From: Felis catus
Lineage: Eukaryota
Direction of reading: 5' to 3'
DNA: 64,000 nucleotides
NCBI RefSeq assembly: GCF_018350175.1
Contig: NC_058368.1
Coordinates: 239,012,001 to 239,076,000, forward strand
Shown here in pieces: positions 10,901 through 24,040 of this stretch. Below the pieces are notes generated by a model. That model did not search any database. It was not told the origin of the DNA and saw only the letters and a list, made by a program, of their open reading frames with translations. Position 1 is the stretch's first letter. The number at the start of each line of letters is the position of its first letter. A program made the position numbers and the translations under genes.

Positions 10901-13900
10901 CCAGACGCCACCTGGTCACGCAAGCTACCTGGCACCTGTCCTGCCTTCCAGCTCACCCCCGCGCCTGAAGCCCCCACCCAGTTCTTTGGTTCAGCCAGGT
11001 CAGCGCTGTGAAGGCAGGCACTGTGTCCGGCTCGTGCCGCGTTCTCAGTGCCCGGCACCCCGCCTGCCCATCTGCGTGGCTGAGAGAAGGAACGCAGCCC
11101 TGAAGGCCGGCTTCCCGTTTGTAAGTTTTGCCCAGACCATCCAGGCTCTGGGCCTGGGAAGAGACTCCTTACCTGAATTCCTCCCCCGAGTTGCCACACA
11201 GCCTTCTGAGAACACCACGCCCGTGGAGGCGGGCAGACCGTGGACAAGCACTGCCAGCGTCTGCTCAGGGCACGGAGGGCGCGTCGGGGCTCAGGGTGGG
11301 GAGCTTCTCGGCCCACACGGTGCTCACCTGGGCAGGCCGGGTCCCCAGAGGAGGTTGCACCCCGCCTGCACTAACGCACACTCCCCCACCAGCTGACAGC
11401 TGCTGCCAGTTTACCCCCAGTCACGCCTTCCGGAACAGGACAGAGCAAATCCGCTGGGTCACGATGCGCGGGCTCCAGGGACACAGGCGTCTGCGTGGGT
11501 GCCAGCGCCCTCACGCTCCTGCGCTGAGCCTGGGACTTGGGTCCCGGGCGGGTCAATTCCATCAGCACAGCAACAACTTTTGGGGGGCATAACTGGTCTG
11601 ATTTCCTTTATTGAAATCTTGAAATCCTTGATTTTTAGCAGCTGCAGCCCTGGCTGCCGGACGAGGCCCCCTCAGTTTAGTGCTCACTTGACAAACGTCA
11701 GGATGTGGTACCAACAGAGCAGCCCCAGACCCCCCAACAAGTGCAGGTTCCTGTGGGGGACAGACGGATGACATCATGGCACAGGATAAATGGCGTCATG
11801 TGCTATAGTGAAAAACGAATGAGGAGAGGCGGACAGTGCAGGCAGAGGAGAACCAGCCCCGTAACGAAAGCATTTTCAGGAGTGGATCAACCAGTGCAAA
11901 GGCCCTGAGGTGGGCATGTGTAGGTGTGTCTGAAGAGCAGCAGGGGGCGGGCGGGGGGAAGCCAGCCAGTGGGGTGTGGACGGTGAGCTCAGGGGGGCCA
12001 GCAAGGCAGCCAGTCACAAGCGTCACAGGGAAGAGGGGCCGCCGAGGCTTCTGAGCAGAGTTGTGCTTGGCTCCACCGAGAGCGACAAGGCTGCAGGGAG
12101 GGAGGGGTGGCAGCAGCTCAGAGCTGTCACCTCATGAGCTGGGCCTTCCCTGGGGCATTTGTAATGCTGGCACAACCCCTCTCATTTTATAAGGCTCTTC
12201 CCATAAACATGTGCAGAATAAACGAGTCAGAAACCATCCATATGCGCTCGGGTCTGATCAGAGGTTAAGGTCACAGCCTGCACCTGTGAGGGTCCATGAT
12301 GTCTTGGGCCCTGAAGGGCCCTGGCCAGGCCATTCTGCTTTGGCCCCGGCACCTCCAGTGTCCCAGAGGGCACAGGACTGGCGGGCGGGTCAGGTGCAAG
12401 GAGGCTGAGGGTGCGCGACGCTGCCCCACCTGACCCCCACCGCCCATTGCCCGCCAGGGCCCTGTGTCCTTATGGCAATGACGGGTGGTGTCTGCACAGG
12501 CGAGGGCCATGCTGGCCACCCTCCAGGTCGTGCGAGGTGCCCCAGCTGGGCCAGGGACCTGGGGCTTAGCCTCACACGGGCCTTCCCTCGGAGCTCACTG
12601 TGTCTCAAGTCCACATCTACAAGCCAAGCTTTCATCCATCCACTCTGGAAAGAAGTGAGAGCCCCGTGCTTCGCTGGACACATAGGGTCAGAGTCCGGGC
12701 TATAGACTTCCCATCTGAGGGGCAGCGGGGATGAGCTACGCAGGATGGGAGGGGGCCAGCTGGAGTGAGCGGGGTTGGGAGCAAGTGGTCCAGGTGAAGG
12801 CAGCAGCCCAGGGGGCCCAGGTGGGGGTCGAGGCCACTGGGCTAAGGATGGAGTCTGGGGGTCTGTGGATGGATGTGGCCTCGGCAAGCAGATCGGCTCT
12901 GGGAGGCATCCTGTGAGCCCCTCGCTGGGACTTCCAGCCTCTGGGGGCAGGGTCAGCCCTGTGCTCAGGAGGAAGGGTGCAGGACTGTGGGGGGAAGGGC
13001 CGAGTTCTGTTTCTTCCTTTCCTGGGTGAATCAGGAAGCCTCTGAATTCACCACCCGCAGAGCTATCATGCTAAAGTCCAACCGTGGGGCGCTCTCAGCC
13101 GGGGAAGGGTTTCTTGCAAAGGCAAAATAGGAAGTTGCAAATGCCTGTTTCTGGCAGCTTGTAGAACAACATACAGGGTGGAAAACCACCAGCTCCTGGG
13201 GGTTCCGTTTCTTCTTGGGTTTAACAAGCCCCGGAGCTTGGGGTACAGTGGACGTGGGCCTCCCAGCCCGCCACCTACTTTCCCTTAGAACGCAGCCCTC
13301 ACACGCTGGGTGCTCGGTGCAGCTCACCTTTGGCCCGCCAGCTAGACGTGGACCCGAACAGGGCAGCCCCACAGGAGGACCACACGTGTGCACTCACTTG
13401 GTGTCCATATGCGTGTGTGCACTGCTCCTGTGTGCTGGCTCGTACAAGGTGGCTGACGATCGTGTTCCCCACGAGGCGGTGGGCTCGAGGCTGCTTGCTC
13501 CTGGGGTCCTGTGGTACCACGTACACCTCTGTAGCATCCACACTCCCTGTGGGGGCTCGGGGAGGAGTGGGCAGACATGGCAGGTGCTCAGGGGGTATTT
13601 GGTGAATGATCAAGTTATTGTCGCCACCCCCCATGTCCGAGGCAGTGTCCCCATATGGACTGTCAAACGCTGGACAGAGTCCCAAGGGAGGCTCCTTGCC
13701 CAAACCCAACAGAAGCAGCTGGGCTTCCAGGGGGTGGGCTGGGGAAGATCCTGGGGTAGAGGAGGGGGCCGAAGCCGCCTCTTGGCCACCCCAGCGGAAG
13801 CGGCCCCCCCAAGAGCTGTGTCTTGGGGCCACAGAGGCCTTTGCAGCAGGCCCCTGGAGCAGGCCTGGGAACAGGTGTGGTCAACACCAGGGCTAGGGCA

Positions 13901-16900
13901 GCCGCAGCCCCCCTCCCATACTTCACAAAGGCCAATTCAGAGGCCAGACTCCCCGGAAGTCAGCTAGTGTCGCCCTGTGTGCTCAGTGACAGCAGAAACT
14001 GCATAAGCGGTCAGGGTGCAGTGGTGAAGTGGGCCGTGCCTCCGCGTGGGGTGCTGCCATCCTTCCCGCGTCCTGTGGCGGCACAGCCTTCATTCTGGTC
14101 CTTTAGCAGAGGATCGGGAAGGGGACCAGCTGCCTGTGTGACCCAGGCTGGGCCAGCCTCAGGCCTCGGTCTCTCACAGGCGGCTGAGGAGCTCGGAGGG
14201 ATCAGTGAGCTCGGTCCAGCGCGGTCCCCCAGGGCTGGCTCCAAACAGCTCGAACCGGGGCCTCCGGGGGCTGGGCTGCGGCCAGGATCCAAGCTCAAGG
14301 GTGTCCAGGGTGGGAAGCAGCGGGGAGGTGACGGTCACCATTCCCGCACAGCCGCTGCCCAGCCAGGCTCCTGGCGGCTGGCCATGTCACACATCCGTGG
14401 GCAACCCCACGGGACTCCAGGGCCCTCCCGGGCCTCCCGACCCGTGCCTGCTCGGTTGCTGCATCTGGGGGATGCCTGCGGCCTTGCAGTGGGCTAGCTG
14501 CCCTCCTCTCCAGCAACCTGGCCTCCTCAGCAGGGACGTGGCTGACCACATTTCCCTCAGATGTGGCTGCATTGCGGAGGTTAGCAGGTGCGGCGCGCAG
14601 ATGCATGGAGGGTCCTGCAAAGGTGCCTGGGGGACGTTCTGTGGCCTGGGCGGTCCCAGCAGGGGGCCCGGCCATAATAACAGGCCCACTGACACCAGCT
14701 GCGTGAAAGCGAAAATGCAAAGACAGCCACACGGCAGCTACAGACGCCTGTGTCCAAGACGGCAGGTGAGAGCCAGGACCCAGCTCTGGGGGCCCGCGTC
14801 CTCCCACAAGTGGCAAGCATGGGACTCGGCAGTCCTGCCCCCACACGCCCGCTGCCTGCAGGCTCCTGGTGCCGCCCTGTCCCTGGAGTGGGAACGATTT
14901 TGTGGCTTCATCCTGGTGGGCGCTGGCTTGTACCCACCAAGCGCAGCTGGAGAGGGTGTTCTGTGGGTTCCGCCAGGCCTGCGAGGGAAGCCTGTGTCGG
15001 CCCCTCACCCGTGTGCCTCAAACCGCGGCCACCAGCGTGCCTTTTCTTCCTCCTCCTTTTCCCCTCCCCCAGTGCAGTGTGGCTAGGATTGGGGTGGGGG
15101 TCACCTGACCGCCATTTACAAAATACAGTTACTGACCAGAGCAGGGGCCGGGGGTCCAGGTGTGGGCAGGTCTCAGCACAGCCCTTCCCGTGCACCTTCC
15201 CCCCAGAGCTTGCGTTTCTGGGGGTGAACCGGAGAAGGAAGGCGGTTGGAAGTTTCTGAGAAGGCCCCCAGTGTCGAGGGTACAGCCTCTGTTGTCAAAA
15301 TCCTTTACTCATTAACTCAAAAACGCCGAGAACATTCCGACGGCTGGGGTGCCTTCAGCCCCGGGCCGGCGTGAGCCTTGGCCTGTGCCCTGCATTTTGG
15401 GACCCCAAAGCCTGGAGGAGCATGTCTTTGCCCAACACCCGCTCTGGCTCACCTGAGGTGCCCCACGAGAGGCATTGGCAGATGTGGGATGGGCACGTGT
15501 GGCTGGCCGCCCAGGGACAAGGATGGGCCCTTCCCACCCCCCGCCCCCTGACGATGGTGTCCAGGGCCGGGAAAGCTGAGCCCCGCGCCTAGCGCTCCGG
15601 GACCCTCTTCCCACCCCCCATCCCACCACAGAGTCCTCCAGTGGCACAGCGGGTGGAGACTACCGGGATTTGCCTCTGCACCTCCCCCTCCCCAGGCCCC
15701 CACCTTGCCCTCAGGGCAATGGGCCCTGAGGCCCCTGCAGCTGGCTTTCAGTGTAGAATCCTGGTTTTCTTGTGGCCTGAAGATTAGTTCGAGTGTCACG
15801 AGCTGCGTGAAGCTGGGGAAGCGTTATCTGTCCCTGAAGAACAATGGTGCCTTCCCAAGCCAGGGGCTGGCGGGCCACTCCTCAGACCATGGCCGGGAGC
15901 CAGCACGGAGCCCAGCGGAATCTCGGAAGTAGACTGGACACAGTGTGGTGGTGTCTGCTCCCAGGAGAGGAGCAGGAAGGAGGTTCTGTCCTGGGGTGGC
16001 TGAGGGCAGGCAGCCTGTGAGCTGAGCGGGGCCAGCACGTTCCGCCCCGGCCTCCTGCACCAGCCCACAGGGCCACGCTGTGCTGTGTTCAGCCTAAATC
16101 CACATGCCGGGCCCCAGCGCCTATCTGCGGGAAGCGGGGGTGAGTTCTCTGCTTTCCCAGAGACAAGGTCTTCCTCCCTGGCATCCTGTGCCTTCATCAA
16201 GGGGAGCAGGGGAGGGTCTGTGGTCCCCAGGCAGCCTGGCAGGAGCTGACTGTCCCGCCCACCAGGACTGCAAGGGGAGGCCACACGGGGCCCACGGAGG
16301 GTGTTTGTGGGTGCCGTGATGGAGGTGTGAGCGCGCCCTGGTGAGGACACGCGGGCCACAGCATCCTCAGAAACCTTGGAACCGTCCCCTCCCGTGGAGC
16401 TCCTGTCCTGGGAGGGCCACACGTCAGGCTGTTTCCCGGGAGCCTCTGTCCCAGCAGGGAGGGGACGGGGGCGGGGCGTGCAGGGGCCTGCGGCGTGCGC
16501 CCTGGCGGGCCATGTGGCTGCGTGGCCGTGTGGCCCCAGGCAAACCTTCCCCTCAGAGAGGCTCTCGCCTGACCCGTCACGAGGAGCGTGCAGCTGTCCG
16601 CTGAGGCCAGCTTCAAGGTAGACCTGAAGCCCCAGCCGCGCCACACTGCACGGGCGTCGCATGGGCCTGGCTCTGCCACAAGCTTTGCCACGCCACGTGG
16701 TTCCTGGGGGGGTGCTTCTCCCGCCCGCCTGCCCGCACTTGCTCACACAGCTCACACCCACGTGTGCTCACACCTGCACCCTGCACACCCACTCGTGCCC
16801 TCTCCTGGCACCTGGCCTCCTCGCTGCTCCTGCCTCACACACTAGGAAAGCTCCGGGCACCGTGGCGCCCTCCACCCTGTGCCACCCTGGCAGCCAGAAC

Positions 16901-17242
16901 CCCACACCGCACCACCCCAGTCTGGAGCTGCCCCTTCCCCGTGGGTGGCAATAAACCCTTTTCGGTGAAACTGAACAAACTTGGTTTTGTTCAGACGAAA
17001 CCTGGCAGTGTGTGAGCGCAGTAGAGTCACGACAGACCGCTCCCTGGCCGGCACAAAACCGCAGGCCGCTCACCCCCGGTTGTCCCTCGGGGCGAAGAGC
17101 AAGGGTGTTGCCTGGCCTACCCACCTCCCTCCCTCATCCCTAAAACACCCTCACGTCACCTCCGTCCCGGGCCTGGCCTCCCAAGCCTACCTCACAGCGC
17201 AAAGAAATCCCCCACACCTCAGCAATGCTGATTTTCAAAAAT

Positions 17243-19140
17243 TAATAGACCTAATTTTTTAGTGAAGGTGAAAATGTACGCAATAATTGAACAGGTGGCA
17301 CAGAGAGTTCCCCATACCCACCGGCTCCCCCTCCCCCCTCTCCCCAGCCCCCAGTGTCCCTATTGCTGACATCTGGCATTGCTGTGATATATTTGTTGCA
17401 GTTAATGAGCCAATATTGATGTATCCTTATTAACTGAAGCCCATGGTTTACATCGCGGTTTGCTCTTGTGTTATGTATCTTACAGGTTTGAACAAATGTG
17501 TCATGACGTGTATCTATCATTATAGGATCGTACAGAGTATTTTCAGTGCCCTGAAAATCCTCTGTGCTCCACCTATCCCTCCCTTCCCCCATCACCTGGC
17601 CACCACTGATCTTTTTACTGCCTCCGTAGTCTCTGCCTTTTCCAGAGTGTTGTAGAGTTGGAATGCTGCTGTATGAGGATTCCAGGAGGTAGCCTTTTCA
17701 GATGGATTTCTTCCCTTTAGCAACGTGCATCGAAGATTCATCCACGGATCTTCCTATCTCGATGGCTCGTTTATTTTAGCGCTGAATGACACTCCACTGT
17801 GTATGTAGCACGGCTTTGTGATCCATCCAGCTACTGAAGAACAATCTGGCAAGTACGAGTAAAGCTGCTGTAAACATCCATTTTCAGGCTCTTGTATGGA
17901 CATAAGGCTTCAAGTCCTCTGTGTAAACACCAGGGAGATGATTGTTGGGTCGTATGGTGAAGGTATGTTTAGTTTTGCAAGAAACCGCCAAACTGTCTTC
18001 CAAAGTGGCTGCACCGTTTTGCATTCCCACCAGCGAGAATCTCCAGTCGTCTGTGTTGTGGATTTTAATAATTCTAATAGATGTCTAGTGGTACCTTGTT
18101 GTTTTAATCTGCGATCCCCTAATGACGTATGATATTGAGCTACGTTTCCACGTGCATATCTTCTTTGGTGAGGTGTCTCTTTAGGCTTTTGGCCCATTTT
18201 TAAATTGGATTGTTTGTTTTCTTACTGAGATTTGAGTTCTTCGTGTGTGGGGGACACAAATCCTTTATCAGGTACATGTTTGGCAAATATTTTCTCCCCG
18301 CTGTGGCTTGTTTTCTTGCTCTCTTGACGTGGTCTTTCTCAGGCAGGTCGTGCATTTCAGTGAGGTCGGGCTTCCCTCTTTCAGGGATCGTGCTGGATCT
18401 AAGAAGTCATCACCAAACCCAGCTAGGTTTTCTGTCCCACGATCTTCTAGGAGACGTACAGTTCTGCATTTTACTTGTAGGTCTCTATCCGTTGAGAGTT
18501 CATTGTTGTGAAGGCTGTAAGGTCTGTGTCCGGACTCATTTTTCTTCACGGGGACGTCCCACCATCCCGGCAGTTGCTGACGGGACCGCTTTTGTTCGAC
18601 CGTGTTACCCGTGCCCCTTCGTCAAAGACCGGTGACTGTGATCACATGCGTCTGTTTCTGGGCCCTCTGTTCCGTTGCACTGATCCGCTCGTCTGTCCTT
18701 TCAGCGATCACCGTGGTCTCACCTGAGTCTTGAAGTCGGGAAGTGTCAGTCCTCGAATGTTCTTCAAGGTCGTGCTGGCTGCTCTGGGTTTTTTGCCTCC
18801 GTATGATAAAGTAACAGGCTGGAATTTTTTATTGGGATCGCATTGTGTCCGTGGATCGTGCCAGGAAGAACTCGCCGCGTGACCGTGCTGAGTCTTGCCA
18901 TTCGTGCACGTGGACTCTCTCTCCATTTATATGGGTTTTCTTTGATTTCTTCGTCCAAGTTTGCAAGTTTTCATGTAGGTTCTGTACATATTTTGTTAGA
19001 TTTCTACCTAAGATTTTTTTTTGGTTTTTTGTTTATTTTTCTTTTTTTGGTGTTGATGTAAATGGTGTTATGGTTTACATTTCGAATTCCATACCTTTAT
19101 TGCTGGTTTATGGGAAAGTGATGGACTTTGTATACCCTGA
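17243..19140 (-). mobile_element. Ancient LINE-1 fragment (L1MC-like 3' end plus ORF2 remnant), antisense in intron 1
   Basis: Minus-strand ORF remnants resemble the L1 ORF2 C-terminus (ECKTVQPLWKTVWRFLAKLNIPSPYDPTI; RGLTLPDFKT; AIPIK). The 3'UTR motifs cagagagttccccatac and gccctgaaaatcctctgtgctccacctat resemble L1MC. Frameshifts and stops throughout. Confidence 0.85.
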
Positions 19141-19934
19141 AGTCTTCCATCACTTTCTGGGATTTTCTGCACAGACATCATCTAGGACTCGTTCTGCCCC
19201 TGCCCCTGACCCTCCCTGCCCAGGGGGCCAGCCGCCTTGCCTTGTGTGCCTGGCTTTGCTAGCACACGTTGGGCGTGTTAGGCTATCTTGGCCAGGACCA
19301 TTCATGTGGGTGCACAAGGCGGGAAGGGGTTGTGATATGACTCACCAGCTGTGGGTCTCTGGCCAGGGGAGTTAGCACAGAAAGCCTGCCCCACCCCCAC
19401 ATGCTTGCTCTCTAAGTTCTGGTGTTTTCCACCAAAATTTCGGTGCTGAACGTTGTGACTACACAAACTGTCTTCATAGCCATGAGATAGCATGGGACCA
19501 TTTTTCCGTTTCCAGGACATCCTTTTGTTTTACCCGAAGTCATTGACTAATCTGTTGTTGTTCGCACAGTTTTCTATGGATTTAAGTGGTTCGGCTCCAA
19601 ACTCCCAGAAGGCTGCTGCACGTGGCAATGTGCTCCGGGCCCCTCCCCTCTGCGGGCACAACACCAGCTCCCCCACACTGGGCACCCCATCTCCTGAATC
19701 TCGTGCCTTCTTGTCTTGGGGAGAACCTCCGTTTGGTGGGTTCATTCTCCACCAAATGTGGTTTCTCCCTCTGTTACTTCTGGGGACTGGCTGTGCAGCA
19801 AGCTGAGCCTTGACAAGCAAGCATCAGGAGCAGACCGACCCCTCTGGGTGAAGCCTGGAAGTCAACTTCCTGCCCAGGAAGGAGGCATCACTCCAGGCCC
19901 CTCCAGAGTTGGTGTCCTGCCCCTGGCCCAGTGC

Positions 19935-20830
19935 CTCGTGTGGGGTTTCCTCCCTCTCCCCCCCAACCTCCTCCCTCGCGTGGGGTCTCCTCCTTCTCCC
20001 CCCCAGCCTCCTCCCTCGTGTCGGGTCTCCTCTTTCTCCCCCCCCCCCAGCCTCCTCCCTCTCCTCCCCCAGCCTCCTCCCTCATGTGAGCTCTCCTCCC
20101 TCTTCCCCCCAGCCTCCTCCCTCATGTGGGGTCTCCTCCCTCTCCCCCCCAGCCTCCTCCCTCATGTGGGGTCTCCTCCCTCTTCCCCCCCAGCCTCCTC
20201 CCTCGTGTGGGGTCTCCTCCCTCTCCCCTCCCAGCTTCCTCCCTCTCCCCCCCAGCCTCCTCCCTCTCCTCCCCCAGCCTCCTCCCTCATGTGGGGTCTC
20301 CTCCCTCTTCCCCCCCAACCTCCTCCCTCGTGTGTGGTCTCCTCCCTCTCCCCCCCAACCTCCTCCCTCGTGTGTGGTCTCCTCCCTCTCCCCCCCAGTC
20401 CCCTCTCGTGTGGAGTCTCCTCCTTCTCCCCCCCCCCCAGCCTCCTCCCTCGTGTGTGGTCTCCTCCCTCTCCCCCCCAACCTCCTCCCTCACGTGGGGT
20501 CTCCTTCTCCCCCCCCCAGCCTCCTCCCTCGTGTGGGGTCTCCTCCCTCTCCCCTCCCAGCCTCCTCCCTCGTGTGTGGTCTCCTCCCTCTCCCCCCCAA
20601 CCTCCTCCCTCGCGTGGGGTCTCCTTCTCCCCCCCCCAGCCTCCTCCCTCGTGTGGGGTCTCCTCCCTCTCCCCCCCAACATCCTCCCTCACGGGGGGTC
20701 TCCTTCTCCCCCCCAACCCTCCTCCCTCGTGTGGGGTCTCCTCCCTCTCCCCCCCAACCTCCTCCCTCACGTGGGGTCTCCTTCTCCCCCCCAATCCTCC
20801 TCCCTCGTGTGGGGTCTCCTCCCTCTCCTC
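19935..20830. repeat. C-rich minisatellite, ~36-41 bp unit (cctcctccctcgtgtggggtctcctccctctcccccccag), over 20 copies
   Basis: Directly visible tandem array. It is the source of the 489/358/247-aa low-complexity ORFs. Confidence 0.97.
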
Positions 20831-22729
20831 CCGACTTTGGGGGTGGGATCCAACTGGCCATCATGCTGAGTCCCTGGAGACAGAGTCCCTGGAGCCCTGT
20901 GCGCCCGGGGTGTTTGTGGCTGTCGGGTCAGTGCCCGTCTCCTCTGCTCTCGTCTCCCGATCGTCCCTTGTTCTTCCCCTTTTAGGTTTCCTCTCCTGTG
21001 TTTTGTGTCCTTGTCTTTTCCCTCTATCTCTGTCCCCTCAACTCTTCTGTCAAGTACTTCTGCTCTCATATTTGAAAAGAGGTTTGAAATCTCTGGATGT
21101 ACTTTCTTATCAAGGGTGCGACCCTCCTTTCGTCGGTGTGGATAGCGATGGTGATACTCGAACTTTCCCTCACTCGCTTGACTGACCCGCTTGACTCGCC
21201 AGTGTCTTCGTATCTCTCCTTCCTTTTGGCCAAAAAATGAAAAATAAAGACAATGAGTGACACCCAGCCTCCCCCCTTTTCCCCTTTTGTTTTCATCAGG
21301 CTTGGGGAAGACGCACTCAGTCCACCTTCCTTGTGAGAATCTGATTGTCATCGTCCAGCTTCCCAGAAGGGTCTAGACTGTCATCTGACCTTGAGGAAAT
21401 CGAGTCTGGAGGGATAAGATAATCATAGCCCGAGAAGCGGCAGGACAGGTCCCTCGGAACAGAAAGCCCTCACACATGCAGAAACCGTGGAGGCACTGCT
21501 CCGTGGGGAACCGGGCACGAGGGGTCCGCAGGGGCAGCACCTGGCCAGGCCACTCAGCAGGCTGTGCCTGTCCTCTTGAAGGGTGTCCCCGCGGCTCCAT
21601 GTGCCTCCGGGAACAGCTGGCATGTGTCAGCGCTGCTGTCCTCAGCGGGGCCCTCCCGGCCGGCAGCTGCCCCGTGGCCTTCCCACCTTGGGGAGCCCTT
21701 CACCCTCCTGCAGCACCACGTCCATATCAAGAGTCAATAGTCCCCACCATTTCCTGCTGCTCTGCGTCCGGGCAGCGGCCCATGACAAAGTCCCAGCCTC
21801 AGGGGACGGTGCTAGGAACGCCCTGATAGTGGTGACCGTGGCGACACAGCAGCCACGTGAGTGGGCACAGGCTCGGTTTACGACACCTTGGGACGCTGCC
21901 CACACATTATCTGCACCAAAGATGTCCTCAGAGAAAATAGCCTCGCTGGAATTTTCACACGAAGGGATAAAAGGTCAGTGAGACCTACACCTGCTCCCCC
22001 ACAGAGAACCCGTTCATAAAATCCTTGGAGCCTTTCGAGGGCCCCTCGCGGCCCCCCAGCCCCACCCCAGAGTGAAGCATCTTTGTATCTTTGTCTGGTG
22101 GATTTTACAACGAGTGTGACCATCGTGGTCGATCTCCGAGCCTCCAGGCAACCACCAGGCCAAGACTAACTTTCCATGTCCTTGAAGCGGAAAGCTCTGA
22201 GGAACAACGCCTTTCTGGTCTGTGAAGCCTCCGGGGCCACAGGTCCTGTGGAGGCGGAGGCACCAGGTACACGGGGCCCGGTGGCCCGCCACACCCTGAG
22301 CAGAGCTGGGGTTCCGTCCGTGGTGCCGGCGCGGGGATCTGCGTGGCTCTGATGTGGACCCTTTCTTCCTCCTGCCGTTGCAGCTGCGGTTCCACGAGCC
22401 ATTTTGTTAAACAGGGTCTCCGTGACCGGGCCACCAGCTTCCTGCAGCAGTCACGCCCTGTGTGCCATCGGATCGGTACCACCAGCTTGATCCGTGGGGC
22501 TCTACGCAGCCCAGGCTGGGGCGGCCCCCCGCCCTTCCTCTTCTGAGGTCCTCTCCTGGCCCCAGCCCCGTCCCCGGCCCTCCCCAAACCCCGGGTGCCC
22601 ATCTCATGTCCTCCAGGCGCCCCACCGCCCCCACTGCTTCTCCCTGGACCCTCAGCCTTTCTCACACTTATTCCAACTTCACTTGAAGACCGATCGATAG
22701 AAATAGAAACCAGATAGAAATCCAATCTG

Positions 22730-24040
22730 AGGGACTTCTCAGATCTGCAAATTTATGTCTTTCGCCAGATGGGCGACATTTGGGGCCATTCTCTTTTCAG
22801 ATTTTCCCCACCCCCTCCTCTGTCTCCTGGCCTTCCAGGACTCCATTTACACATGTATTGGACCTTCCGACACTGTCCCACTGGTGGCTGATGCTCTGTT
22901 CACGTTTTTATCTTTCTCATCTTTGTTCTTTATGCTGGACAGTGTCTACTCATCTAACTTCGAGTTCACTGTCTCTCCTCTCTCTGTCTGCTGTCAGGTC
23001 TGTCTATTGAATCTCTTATTTCAGATATTGAACTCTTCGATTCTGGAACTTCCATTTGGTTCTTTTAGGTTTCTTTTACGTCAGGGGTCAGCAGACTATG
23101 TCCCGTGGGCTGGCCACCTGTTTTTGTAAATCAAGTTTTCTTGGAGCACAGCTGTTCGTGGGTGTTATGGCTGTTTTTGTGATGCAGCGGCCAAGCTGAC
23201 TAACTGCCGAACAGACCACAGAACCTACACGCCTAAGCAATTTGCTATCTGGCTCTTATTGAAACCAAATCGCCAACTCCTTTTCTCTACTGAGATTTAC
23301 TAGGTTTTTATTCATTACAAGTATATCTTCCTTTACACCCTTAAGCATAGTTACAGTAGTTTTTTTTAAACCCTTGTCTGCTAATTCCAATGTCTGGATC
23401 ACCTTGAGATCCCCAGTGATGTCTGGGTCTCATTCTCCTGTGTCTTCATGTGTCTGGTAATTAGGGATTGTTTCCAGGACTATAGCTCATACGTGGTAGA
23501 GACTCTGTATTCCGCTGTGCTCCTCTGGAGAGCCTTGATTTCTGTGGTGGTGGTTGGTGCTGTGCTGTCATTTGACCAGGAATGGACTGAGACTCCAAAG
23601 AGGTCTCCCTGTGGTGACAGGAAGTTGGTACCTGCCTCTCCCGTGTGTAATTCAAGGATCAGCCAGGAATTTGGGACGAGTTCACACATAGAATGTTGGC
23701 CTCTCGCTGCCCAGCTGCCGTGGTCACAGTCATCTCTGCCCTCCGCTTTCTCAGCCCAGTAAGGCTACAGTTTTAACTGCTCTGGACGACCCCAGCTGGG
23801 GTCTGCTCTCTGGAAAAAGCCATAAAAAACAGGGAAGTCAGGAGAACGAAAACAAAAAAGAAAACAGGGAACTCGCCCATTGCCGCCCTTTCCCTCAAGG
23901 TTTGGAGCCCGCCAGTGTCTGCCTTCTCTCCGTCTCTCCTCAGTGCCTAAGCTGCCATTTGACATGTTTCTTCCAGAGTTCGTGGTTGTTCCCTAGGGTC
24001 GGTTGGTACAATGGTGCTACCCCACCAGTGCCCGGCCCCG
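22730..24040 (-). mobile_element. Degraded old L1 (L1M-type 5'/ORF1 region), antisense, interrupted by a MER58-like element
   Basis: T-rich stretch with motifs typical of antisense L1M: ggactccatttacacatgtattggacc, ttctggaacttccatttggttctttt, cttgtctgctaattccaa. Boundaries approximate. Confidence 0.6.
23082..23282 (+). mobile_element. MER58A-like hAT-Charlie non-autonomous DNA transposon
   Basis: Starts caggggtcagcagactatg; contains gtttttgtaaatcaagttttcttggagcacagc and gcctaagcaatttgctatctggc; ends gccaactcct, an imperfect TIR. Confidence 0.75.

Noticed and set aside
13215..16761. Multiple 220-320 aa ORFs in intron 1 suggesting a nested gene
   Set aside because: No homology I recognise, low-complexity GC-driven composition, mostly non-ATG starts, and no coherent exon chain.
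19716..21185. 489-aa and 358-aa Pro/Ser/Leu-rich ORFs
   Set aside because: Translations of the stop-free minisatellite, open in several frames on both strands.
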